51,261 bases of DNA from a virus. Lineage: Duplodnaviria; Caudoviricetes. Below the pieces are notes generated by a model, which saw only the letters and a program-made list of their open reading frames with translations, did not search any database and was not told the DNA's origin. Shown here piece after piece: positions 9,119-17,680 of this stretch (positions within the stretch are counted from its first letter, which is position 1; each line of letters begins with the position of its first letter). Position numbers and translations under genes: made by a program. The stretch is from positions 1 through 51,261 of the IMG/VR virus record IMGVR_UViG_3300036790_000209; one strand, given 5' to 3'.

Positions 9119-9946
9119 CTATTCGTAGATTGTTACGCCGTCAAACGACAGGCCCTCGACCTTGGCATACGGGTTCGGCTTCATGGCCTGTTTCAGTTGA
9201 TCGATGTAGACTTGATTGGCGGACAGGCCGGTTAACATAACCTTCCCATGCACCCGGCTATAGCGGCCACACTCTAATCTAACTCGCATGACCATTTTGG
9301 ATTCCCCCCGCGCGTTGACTACGATTTCAATCGGCCAGTTCGCATGGTCCTCATCCGTCTTGCTGAAGAATGCTTCCATCTTGACATGGGAGTGAACCGC
9401 TGCGATGGTCTCTGGGCGAGCACGAAACCCTTCATCCGGCATTTCGACATGAGCACCACTTGCAGACTGAGGAGGGAAATACATCTCGGTAACCTTGCCT
9501 CGGCCCGTGATAGCATCGATTGTGCCGATGAGGTAAGCCATCCATTCGGTGTCGAATGAGTTGGCCAACTCAATCCAGGCTTGGTACATGCCGCAGGGTA
9601 TCTCGACGATTGGCTCCTTGACAATAGGACAGCCCTTCACATCGGCTACTTCGCAGGTCCAATCCAAGTTTAGCTTGGGTTCGATAACTACCGGTCGATT
9701 GTCGATGTCACGGTGGTTCCAGCCATCCCAATTAGAGCGCCTCCCATCACCACTCGCTCCGTTGCCATTATTCCCTTCGCTCACATAACTCGCGTTATGC
9801 AGCAGCGCCGCCGCCGCGACATCATGATTCAAGGGGGCGGGTTGTTCGAGTACCCTCAACCAACCTTCTTGCAGGATATGGCGAACTTTCTTGTCCTTCA
9901 TCTTCTTTGACACTGGATTCTCCCTTCGATTGAATATTGACCACAT
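9119..9946 (-). CDS. JAB/MPN+ (JAMM) metalloprotease, deubiquitinase-like
   Basis: EWMAYLIG (catalytic Glu) and HSHVKMEAFFSKTD = HxH-x7-S-x2-D. Confidence 0.9.
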   Translation of the reverse strand: MWSIFNRRENPVSKKMKDKKVRHILQEGWLRVLEQPAPLNHDVAAAALLHNASYVSEGNNGNGASGDGRRSNWDGWNHRDIDNRPVVIEPKLNLDWTCEVADVKGCPIVKEPIVEIPCGMYQAWIELANSFDTEWMAYLIGTIDAITGRGKVTEMYFPPQSASGAHVEMPDEGFRARPETIAAVHSHVKMEAFFSKTDEDHANWPIEIVVNARGESKMVMRVRLECGRYSRVHGKVMLTGLSANQVYIDQLKQAMKPNPYAKVEGLSFDGVTIYE

Positions 9947-9949
9947 AAG

Positions 9950-10048
9950 TTACCATCCCAACCAGTCGGCCAGGAACACTACCGCGCTCCAGAACACGTT
10001 CCAGATAATCAGAGCCGCTAGGATGGCTCCTACAATACTCCAAAACAT
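9950..10048 (-). CDS. 32-aa membrane peptide inside the Ub-like operon (not in ORF track)
   Basis: AGGAGG SD; MFWSIVGAILAALIIWNVFWSAVVFLADWLGW; fills the E1-JAB gap exactly. Confidence 0.7.
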   Translation of the reverse strand: MFWSIVGAILAALIIWNVFWSAVVFLADWLGW

Positions 10049-10049
10049 G

Positions 10050-10727
10050 TCAGACCTCCTGATACTGCCTAACCTGTAGACCGTCCTTCCAATCTACTCG
10101 AAAAGTGTCGCGGATCGGCTGATCTAGCAGGATGTAGTAGCAAGCCATGGAAGCAGCCATGGCGCATGGACCTACGAATTGAGGGACGCTTGTGTAGCCG
10201 GGTTGGCCTTCCAGCTCGCTCGCCCATTCCGCCGGGGTTCCCGAAATAGACATCCCTAAACCATCCGCGCCTAGTTCAATATAACGGCCAGCGCGGATGG
10301 CATCCACCTCTGGCTGCCTAAGATGCCCTGCAGGATGCCCTTTAACGGCCTTGTAGACCTCTCTGCGCGATCGGAGCGAATCGGTTGAGCAAACTACCCT
10401 ATTCGCGCTTGAAACCGCCTCACAATGGCTGGGAACCTCAAAATCGAAGTGTCCATAGGCTCGAATGGCTGTCTCCGGCCTGGCTTTGCGAATCAAAGCC
10501 GCCAGGGCTAAGGACTTAGGCTTACCGATGTCCTCCGGGGTGAATGGCAGGCGATTCAGGTTATGCTCGCTGATCTCATCCCCATCGAATAGAGCCAGCT
10601 CTCGCACCCCTGCCAGCCCGAGGAAGTACCCACACCATGCTCCAATTCCCCCACATCCTACCACTACGATCTTCTGATCCCTTTGGATGCCAAGGGATTC
10701 TTGACGTAGATAGATATTCTCACTCAT
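10050..10727 (-). CDS. ThiF/MoeB/E1-family adenylyltransferase
   Basis: VVVGCGGIG, FDGDEISEHNLNR, GKPKS, CSTDS..R; no CxxC zinc sites. Confidence 0.92.
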   Translation of the reverse strand: MSENIYLRQESLGIQRDQKIVVVGCGGIGAWCGYFLGLAGVRELALFDGDEISEHNLNRLPFTPEDIGKPKSLALAALIRKARPETAIRAYGHFDFEVPSHCEAVSSANRVVCSTDSLRSRREVYKAVKGHPAGHLRQPEVDAIRAGRYIELGADGLGMSISGTPAEWASELEGQPGYTSVPQFVGPCAMAASMACYYILLDQPIRDTFRVDWKDGLQVRQYQEV

Positions 10728-10942
10728 TTGCGTCCTCGCTTCCCGGCCTTCTTGGCCTTCCCCACTTTACGTTTTCTACCCTTGGGAGGTAACAACGTCA
10801 GACCTGTTCTTGGATCGGTCCACGGTAGCCCCTTGCGGTGATTCTGGCGCATGGCCTCTACTACCTCGTCAGCGTCTAGGGTAGCAGCCTCACTCGTCCA
10901 CTCATAAGTCATCTGACTCTCCTGGATTAGCGTTACTACCAT
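10724..10942 (-). CDS. Small protein with Lys/Arg-rich tail, within the Ub-like operon
   Basis: ATGA overlap with the E1 gene; AGGAG SD before the internal Met (MTYEW). Confidence 0.6.
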   Translation of the reverse strand: MVVTLIQESQMTYEWTSEAATLDADEVVEAMRQNHRKGLPWTDPRTGLTLLPPKGRKRKVGKAKKAGKRGRK

Positions 10943-11024
10943 CCCATACTATAGTAGGATATAGTATAGTATACTATAGTATATATGGTAGTCATGGTAG
11001 TCATGGTTACCGAGGCTACCGTCC

Positions 11025-12242
11025 CTACCGTCTCCGCGTAGTGCCCTCTTGAGTCCAAATTACTCCCGGTGCCTCCCGTTCAACGATCATGGGATGGTAG
11101 CTAGTGGGGTCGAAGTAATCCCCTTTACGGTCCCACTCAGTCATAAACTCCCCTACTTGTGGGGGCACAAACGCGCGTACTGCCGGGGACAAATTATATT
11201 CCCTAACCAGTAAACTCGACAGATTCACTTCCTTGAACGCTCGATTAATCATGACTTCAATGCGTACCAAATCATCTAGACTGGCTAGTCTCTCCGGCAA
11301 CCCTTGTGGCTGGCAGCAGAACCCTGAGTAATCCGCATGAGGCAGCTTCAACCCATATTGATCCAAACGGGCATTCTCTAATTGGAACGACCCATCAACC
11401 GGATTGAACGCTATCCAGAACGGCACCTTTACCATGCCAGCCGGAATCGCAGGCCACTCAAGGTTAACCTTTCGGGGAGGTGCGATTTCCTCGTTATCCT
11501 CGCCTAGGTTAGGTATGCTCCAATCCGGCCAAGTAAACTTAAGAGGGCAAAAGTTAATAACCCCTTGGACGGCAATCAACCCGTCATGAACGCGCTTAAC
11601 AGGAATGTTACCCACCCATGACGGGATAGCTAACTCCCTCCCGCGCGCTTGAGCGAACTCAATTCGCTGCCTTTGGACCGCAGCCATTTCCACTTCAGCC
11701 TGTTGACGAATAATGACCGCTTCACGCTGTGCCGCAGCGAGCAATGCGATCCGTTGCATGGCGATTGCCTGTGCGGCTGATTTGCGCATCCGGTTAAGCA
11801 GCTTCACCGGCGCGCCTGACTCCGCGATTGCGTTCAACCGGAATAATTTACCTCCTATCGACAAGAAGGACGGTTGGGAAGCGGCTAGGTTCTCCGCGAT
11901 GTCCATGTCTCCCATAATCTCGCTCACAGTCGATTCGCCGTTCAAAGTTGGCGCGATCTCCGTGAGATAGCAACGAATGGCGTCGGCCAGAGCGGATGGG
12001 GGGAGGGGATTCCCCCTGTGGGTAAACCCGTAAGAGCTCCCACTTAGATACGTCTGTAACGTTGTCCCCCGTTGCTGAGCGGGCCGCGTATAGTTCCGCA
12101 ATTCAGGAGGCAAATAACTCCTGAACGCCACCATGGGCTGCCTGAGCACATGATCGCTTACGTCTCGATCTCCGATGGTGGCAAGGAGCGATAAACTATT
12201 CCCATTGTCTTCTGGGGTGATCTCCACTCGTATCTCTTGCAT
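11025..12242 (-). CDS. Putative E2 (UBC-like) protein with N-terminal extension and coiled coil
   Basis: LPHADYSGFCC resembles the E2 HP(N/H)...GxxC active site and is followed by an amphipathic helix; lies between Ubl and E1. Confidence 0.55.
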   Translation of the reverse strand: MQEIRVEITPEDNGNSLSLLATIGDRDVSDHVLRQPMVAFRSYLPPELRNYTRPAQQRGTTLQTYLSGSSYGFTHRGNPLPPSALADAIRCYLTEIAPTLNGESTVSEIMGDMDIAENLAASQPSFLSIGGKLFRLNAIAESGAPVKLLNRMRKSAAQAIAMQRIALLAAAQREAVIIRQQAEVEMAAVQRQRIEFAQARGRELAIPSWVGNIPVKRVHDGLIAVQGVINFCPLKFTWPDWSIPNLGEDNEEIAPPRKVNLEWPAIPAGMVKVPFWIAFNPVDGSFQLENARLDQYGLKLPHADYSGFCCQPQGLPERLASLDDLVRIEVMINRAFKEVNLSSLLVREYNLSPAVRAFVPPQVGEFMTEWDRKGDYFDPTSYHPMIVEREAPGVIWTQEGTTRRR

Positions 12243-12313
12243 TACCTTACTCCCTTCCGTTTGAGGGTTATCATGCGCCCTTTGAGTCGCCCACAGTCTT
12301 AGTAGACCCCTCG

Positions 12314-12341
12314 ACTAGGGGACTGTCGCCAATCCCCTAGT
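12314..12341 (-). terminator. Stem-loop between Ubl and E2-like genes
   Basis: Perfect 9-bp stem ACTAGGGGA/TCCCCTAGT; no clear U tract. Confidence 0.4.
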
Positions 12342-12363
12342 GCGTGAGACCTTCCAAGGGCGG

Positions 12364-12609
12364 TTAGCCTCGCGCGTCCTTAGCCACCAACTCAACCAAG
12401 GTGGCTCCAAGATCGCTGAGGGTCTTGCCTCCCTGCGAGGTATCGGCCTTCGACCCGTTGACCAGCACATTAAACGTTTTCAGGCCATGTGAGGTGCTGT
12501 AGTACTTGGCGACATCGGCGAGCTTCTCGCTTCCGTCGGCATGGCCTACTATTTCCCCGTTTACCTTGACTTCGACTTCCAAAGCGTTGCTATCCCAAAC
12601 ATTATTCAT
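12364..12609 (-). CDS. Ubiquitin-like (beta-grasp) protein
   Basis: 81 aa; beta-beta-alpha-beta pattern (VEVKVNG, LADVAKYY, FNVLVNG, LVELVAK); ends ...KDARG; heads the E2-E1-JAB operon. Confidence 0.75.
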   Translation of the reverse strand: MNNVWDSNALEVEVKVNGEIVGHADGSEKLADVAKYYSTSHGLKTFNVLVNGSKADTSQGGKTLSDLGATLVELVAKDARG

Positions 12610-12924
12610 AACTTACCTTCCTTTCCTTCCATGGAATGTTACTGCAATCGACAAGGGTACCCCTGCCGAAACTCGTTAGTTTATCCGCGATCTTCTGGCC
12701 GGCCCCTTAGGCCGCTGTGGAACTTTGAACCGCTAAACTTTGGGGGACGCTCCCAGCTACCGCGCCCCCTCAGAGCTAGATTTAGTGGTCGCTGCTTCTT
12801 GAGCAATGCTGGCCGATCTGCGTTCTAGCTAGACGCTCCCCCTACTCTAGAGGGTTCGTTGCCAAGTTCGTTTGGGTTAATCTTCCCAAGCGAGCCTAGG
12901 ATGTAGCACTACAAAATACCTCTG

Positions 12925-13143
12925 TCAACAATTATCGCGCGGCTGGCCGCCATGCGGCCCGTTTTCACCGCGAATATAACCAAGCCAGCGTTCTCGCTTA
13001 AACTGCGGGTTACGTGAGGCGCAGAAGTCCGCAAGAGTGCCCAATTGTTCCTCATTAAATATTCCCCGCATAGTACCGGCACCCTCGAATCGATTGTTCT
13101 CGATAATCGCACTGGCGAGGGCGATAAAGTCCTTCTTCGTCAT
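12925..13143 (-). CDS. Conserved small phage early protein
   Basis: MTKKDFIALA...NPQFKRERW; GAGG SD. Confidence 0.7.
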   Translation of the reverse strand: MTKKDFIALASAIIENNRFEGAGTMRGIFNEEQLGTLADFCASRNPQFKRERWLGYIRGENGPHGGQPRDNC

Positions 13144-13151
13144 AGGGCCTC

Positions 13152-13376
13152 TCATATTCCGTGCATGTTATCCAGCATGGATGCCGCTGAATTAATTGCT
13201 TGAGCTAGCGCTTTGAGCGCGTCAAGGCGCGCGTCTTGTAACTTCATAGCTTGCGCTTTCCTAAATTCCTCAGTCGCTTGCGTTCGCCCTTCAGCCTGCC
13301 CTGCCTTAAAACCAAGTTCGTATGCCTGCATGTGCGCTAAAACTTGCTTGACCTTCTTACGCTTGCCGATGGGCAT
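13152..13376 (-). CDS. Hypothetical helical protein
   Basis: GGAGG SD; in operon. Confidence 0.6.
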   Translation of the reverse strand: MPIGKRKKVKQVLAHMQAYELGFKAGQAEGRTQATEEFRKAQAMKLQDARLDALKALAQAINSAASMLDNMHGI

Positions 13377-13444
13377 AACTCTATTTCCTCCCCTCGAATA
13401 TCAACAGCCAAACAATGAAAACGCAAATGAATCCCCCCACAATC

Positions 13445-13636
13445 TCAGTCACAGGCCGCCCCTTGATCTTCAACCGTTCGCTGCTTAACGATCCAATAGG
13501 CGTACCACTCAGCCCATTCCTTGTCCGGCCCTCCCAGGGTAGCTTCGTAGCGATGGTGCGCTTGAGCGGCTTCCCTGAGCGCGTCGGCTAGTTCATCTTG
13601 TGTGAGGGTAATCCGTGGCTGGATGGTCCGTGGCAT
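13445..13636 (-). CDS. Small protein with ALREAAQAHH..E...D.EWAEWYA motif
   Basis: Resembles a helical domain I recall appended to some glyoxalase-family proteins; SD present. Confidence 0.55.
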   Translation of the reverse strand: MPRTIQPRITLTQDELADALREAAQAHHRYEATLGGPDKEWAEWYAYWIVKQRTVEDQGAACD

Positions 13637-13788
13637 GTTAGTCTTTCCCCTGCGCCCATTGGTATAGGGCGTAACAGCCGGCAACCACAAACTGGATGGC
13701 GGGAACAAGGAATATCCACTCTATTCGCATGACTGCGCTCCTTAATGAGAAGGGGAAGGGTGAACCCCCCCCCCTAGTTGACACTCGT

Positions 13789-14022
13789 TTACGCCTCAAC
13801 TACTCCCTTATCCGCGAGTACTTCAATCAACTTGGTGAACGTTGTGGACAAGATCATCCCAACCCCGAATTCCTTGCCGATGAACACCACCCCAATAAAC
13901 ACCGCCGCAACCCCTACGCCGATCATGTGATGCTTGCGTATGCACAGACCACGCTGGGAATCAATGAGAGTGAGCGTAACAGTTTGACAGGGAGACGCTA
14001 TCCCTACCTCTCGCGCGTCCAT
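13789..14022 (-). CDS. Hypothetical hydrophobic protein
   Basis: Abuts the upstream gene; hydrophobic segment. Confidence 0.45.
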   Translation of the reverse strand: MDAREVGIASPCQTVTLTLIDSQRGLCIRKHHMIGVGVAAVFIGVVFIGKEFGVGMILSTTFTKLIEVLADKGVVEA

Positions 14023-14023
14023 G

Positions 14024-14311
14024 TCAGTTTACCGCTTTTGTGGCGGGAGCAATCGAGTGTCCAATCACTTCCTCGACTGCTTGGCGCAGTTCCGGCCCAT
14101 GCGATGCCACGATAAAATCCACATACGCCCAGAACGCCTCAATCGATTGCTTACAGGCGAGCGTCCACAAGCGATCCTGGTGCTCGCCGGGGCCTGCCAC
14201 TTGGATGGCTCTGATGATTTCCGGTACAGGAGCCTTCAACTGTGGCCCGTTGCGTACGATTGACCGCAGTTCAGGCGGGAGTTTACCGACCAACTCATTC
14301 ATATCCATCAT
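14024..14311 (-). CDS. Hypothetical protein
   Basis: AAGGAG SD. Confidence 0.65.
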   Translation of the reverse strand: MMDMNELVGKLPPELRSIVRNGPQLKAPVPEIIRAIQVAGPGEHQDRLWTLACKQSIEAFWAYVDFIVASHGPELRQAVEEVIGHSIAPATKAVN

Positions 14312-14410
14312 TTCTCCTTTCAGGGTAGAGTTGAAGCAATCTTATGCCTAGGACGGCCGCCTAAGAGCGCTTCAGAGGACACCAGCCAAACTGATGCCCT
14401 CTGCTGTGCT

Positions 14411-14617
14411 CTACAGTGCGTCGGGCTCAGAGGCGTCGTTCAAGCTATCTGAGTCTGACTCATCATTGAGTCCCAGCGAGTCATGAGGCTCGTTCACTTC
14501 CCGCGCCAGTTCCTCGGCCAGTTCTTCGAGAATGTCGCGCGGATCGGCGCTGACGGCCGGTGTGGTTGCAGGCTGCATTGCATTCGTTATGTCTGTTACC
14601 GTAGTCAAAGGGTCCAT
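14411..14617 (-). CDS. Small, highly acidic protein
   Basis: GAAAGGA SD; D/E-rich C-terminal half. Confidence 0.6.
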   Translation of the reverse strand: MDPLTTVTDITNAMQPATTPAVSADPRDILEELAEELAREVNEPHDSLGLNDESDSDSLNDASEPDAL

Positions 14618-14794
14618 GATATTTCCTTTCGAGTAGAGATAGGAGCAAGACGCTCCAAGGGACAGAGTACTCATCCACATCCCCGCTAGCTGAGCTACTA
14701 TGCGGGGTTCGACGTTATGTCGCGTGGTTTATTCTCTGTCCCTTGCAATGTCCTATGGCCACCACCCACTACCTAAGTAGAACCCTCCATTCCC

Positions 14795-15028
14795 TCATCC
14801 ATCGCGTTCGGTTATCTCTTTAACGAGATTGGCGATGGCCTCTTGCTCGCTGCTGCCCCGAACCCATCCCCATCCATAGTCCGTATCGCCGTCCTTGATT
14901 GCCGCATACCAACCATCCTCAAACCCTTGACATTCGGGCCAGAATCGCGGTAACTCCTGACTGAATACGCCGTTCACCATTTGCGCGGTGCGAACGTCGT
15001 ATTCCCGGCCTGCAATAGTAACTTTCAT
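14795..15028 (-). CDS. Hypothetical protein
   Basis: GGGAG SD; G.SEQEAIANL is reminiscent of HicB-like proteins. Confidence 0.6.
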   Translation of the reverse strand: MKVTIAGREYDVRTAQMVNGVFSQELPRFWPECQGFEDGWYAAIKDGDTDYGWGWVRGSSEQEAIANLVKEITERDG

Positions 15029-15052
15029 GGTGTGCTCCCTTGGAGGCTCTGC

Positions 15053-15178
15053 CTACCTCGCAAACACGTACATCACAATCCATACCTCATACAGAAACGC
15101 TCCCAGCAGCAATGCCCCGGCGGCTACCCGCAATCCCTGGCCTAACACACTCAAAGGCCGTTCATCGCTTCCACGCAC
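15053..15178 (-). CDS. 41-aa single-TM peptide (not in ORF track)
   Basis: GGAGGT SD with GTG start; ...VAAGALLLGAFLYEVWIVMYVFAR. Confidence 0.5.
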   Translation of the reverse strand: MRGSDERPLSVLGQGLRVAAGALLLGAFLYEVWIVMYVFAR

Positions 15179-15531
15179 GAATCACCTCCGATACCCTCCC
15201 GCTGATGTTCCAAGCGTCCACGACCGCGATAACCGTCACACTCAGACCGGACAGGACGGCTAGCATCCATGCAATCCATGCCCACATGATGCGCTCTCCC
15301 AAACTGGATTTTTATTGCCCCGGCCCGGCTCGCTTGCGCGTCAAACCTGCCCGCGCTGGCCTTGGCGACCGCCCTGGCGCACGCAAACGCGGCAATCGAT
15401 GCCAAACCGCATCCGCCCAGGCAAAATCGCTTAAATCGCCTGCCAACGCGAAATTGGCTACTTCGCGCGGGCTTGCAACCGCGCTGCCGCATTACAGCGG
15501 GATTGCTTACCCGCTGTGCTCTGCGATTGGC

Positions 15532-15777
15532 CTAGGCCAAATGGGGCTCTACATCGACCGCAACCTGTACCGCATGTTCTTTTATTTCAGACACATACAC
15601 GTCACCATATTCGCCGGTTGGAACGAATGGCGACGTGACAAAGCAATACCAGCGTGCGTATGGCTTGTTATCGTCCGCCTGCCACTTTTTGAGCACGTTC
15701 CACGTCCAATCGCCTGCTTTCCAGATTTCGTAGGGATTATCTTTGGAGCGCGTCTTAGCGCACAAATTCTTAGCCAT
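15532..15777 (-). CDS. Conserved phage early protein
   Basis: GGAGGT SD; WTWNVLK...WYCFVTSP...EYGDVYVSEI. Confidence 0.7.
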   Translation of the reverse strand: MAKNLCAKTRSKDNPYEIWKAGDWTWNVLKKWQADDNKPYARWYCFVTSPFVPTGEYGDVYVSEIKEHAVQVAVDVEPHLA

Positions 15778-15835
15778 TAGAGCACCTCCGTACAAGAGCG
15801 GCCTGCTTACCAGACCGCCCCTGTCCGCAATCGCC

Positions 15836-16135
15836 CTAAACGCTCGCAACCTTGGCGACCGTGGCGACCGTCGCCTTGACTTTCAACTCCGAATCATGCG
15901 CCTTGACGAAGTCAAGCACCGCAGGCATGGCCTCCCCCAACCTAGTCCACTGTTCTTTGTAGAACATGACAGGGAACCGTTGTAGTCCATACACACTCAC
16001 TCCCCCTTGTTTGCTCACGGCGAACGACAGTTTCATGGCCGCCCGCTGCGTGGCCTGCCGTTCCAAGTCCGCAATCCTCGCCTTGAGCGCGGCTACCTCA
16101 TCATTGCTAACCTGTGCTGCCTGTTTGATTTCCAT
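15836..16135 (-). CDS. Conserved protein, possibly PC4-like nucleic-acid binder
   Basis: Coiled coil followed by VSKQGGVSVYGLQRFPVMFYKEQW. Confidence 0.6.
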   Translation of the reverse strand: MEIKQAAQVSNDEVAALKARIADLERQATQRAAMKLSFAVSKQGGVSVYGLQRFPVMFYKEQWTRLGEAMPAVLDFVKAHDSELKVKATVATVAKVASV

Positions 16136-16331
16136 GCTGTTTATCCATTCGAGTAGGATAGGACGGATAACGCGCCGTCCACGCGGGAAACCGCTTTTCG
16201 TCGGTTCCAATCGAAGACTCTTATATGGTGGTCACACACCCAGAGCAATGCGCTCCGTTCGGTAGCCTGTTAAAGCTCCCCGACGCAGCGCGCTGCCAAT
16301 ACTCCCCTAAGAACGCGACACACTCAACACC

Positions 16332-16511
16332 CTACGATTCACACCGTTTCGTTTCCTCGCCAGCATGTTCCCGTCCGTAGCACCCGCATTCCATACCGTC
16401 CGGGTGTCCACAAGACACATACCGTCCGTCGATAACCCAGGCTTGATTGTCGTAGTCAAATCCCGCGATCAGCCTGCCATTATCGTACACGTTCTCGCTC
16501 ATCCGGCTCAT
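16332..16511 (-). CDS. 59-aa Cys/His protein (below ORF-track cutoff)
   Basis: MSRMSENVYDNGRLIAGFDYDNQAWVIDGRYVSCGHPDGMECGCYGREHAGEETKRCES; G-rich SD. Confidence 0.65.
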   Translation of the reverse strand: MSRMSENVYDNGRLIAGFDYDNQAWVIDGRYVSCGHPDGMECGCYGREHAGEETKRCES

Positions 16512-16958
16512 ATGGTGCCCCCCTTAGCGCTGACTAACTTCGCTGTCCCTTGAGTTCCCCATGTAACGAAATGTTACTGTTAGGGAGTATTTGTTACCGC
16601 TTATGACGTTCCGCACGCTGCCTCACTGGCTCTACGGCTTGCCAGCGCGTCGATTGCTCCACGATTCGCGTAGGGGATTAACATCCTCCGTTCCGCGATG
16701 CCTTATCGACGTGCTAACTGACTCTCGCCGTTACGTTTGCGGTTGCGTCCAGCAGCGCTTATTCCGCGTGCCAATCGCGGCTGCCCTGCCTTGCCGAGGC
16801 ATTTTTACCAGTTCCAACACCGGATTTCGGTGATTCGCCTATTTTCCGTTTATCGTGCCGAGCGAAAATGCCATGCGGCAGACTGGCCAGCAGGTCGTAT
16901 GCCAAGCGCGTTTGGCATGCTAACTTATTTATATATGTCATGTGCCGCCGCCGCGATC

Positions 16959-17018
16959 GGCAAAACATTTCCGTTGCGAGGCAAGCGTTTTCCACTTAAC
17001 GGAAAACATTTTCCCGTT
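16959..17018. repeat. Three imperfect palindromic repeats with 21-bp period (operator/iteron-like)
   Basis: GGCAAAACATTTCC (16959), GGCAAGCGTTTTCC (16980), GGAAAACATTTTCC (17001). Confidence 0.65.
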
Positions 17019-17418
17019 CTAGTACTGTGTCCGATTTGCCACACCACCCCACTCATCCACGTTGACAACGTCTCGCTCACCCTTTCTGCGTATCACGCGC
17101 GCGCACGCGCACGCGCGAGGGGGCCCCAGGACACGTATCGACGACCCACCCTCGCCATCGACATGAAGGGTGAGTTCCGTGGGGCTGAGCGTATGCAAAT
17201 AATAGGGGAATGGGATACTACCCAAGCGCGCTTCAGCCAGGGCGACACCCAAAAACTCCTCGGCCTGATTCGCTGCTACACCTCGCGCGGCGCCATCGAA
17301 TCCACTCGCTCCAGCTCGCCAGCGGAACGTGCGTTCGAAAGGAATGTGTGATGCAACTGAAAATAATACCAACTAGCTCCGTGCATCGTACCCACCATGC
17401 AGGGGGCGACAATCAGAA

Positions 17419-17461
17419 GCCCCAAATCACCCAGCCTTCGCGGGGATAAGTGATTTGGGGC
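17419..17461. repeat. 12-bp perfect inverted repeat / hairpin
   Basis: GCCCCAAATCAC ... GTGATTTGGGGC. Confidence 0.6.
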
Positions 17462-17680
17462 ATGGTGGAACAACAACACCGTTTTATAGACTTTAACCTT
17501 CAACCTTAGCCCAGTGTGCTTGCGCGGCACGTTGGGCTATTTCTCTCCTCTACTCTGACGACAATTTAGAAGCGCGTGCTTTCCCGCCCTTCATTCCGCC
17601 CAGTTTTCCAAGCGCGACCGCATCACCCATGCTCGAACGTTTACGCATCTAGGGCATTATGACACAAGTGAGGACTGAAA

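Noticed and set aside
10050-12609. ThiF/ThiS or MoeB/MoaD cofactor biosynthesis pair
   Set aside because: No thiamine, molybdopterin or sulfur-relay genes nearby; JAB and E2-like neighbours favour protein conjugation, though sulfur transfer is not formally excluded
16959-17018. Mini CRISPR array
   Set aside because: Repeats are about 14 bp with about 7-bp gaps, too short for repeat-spacer units
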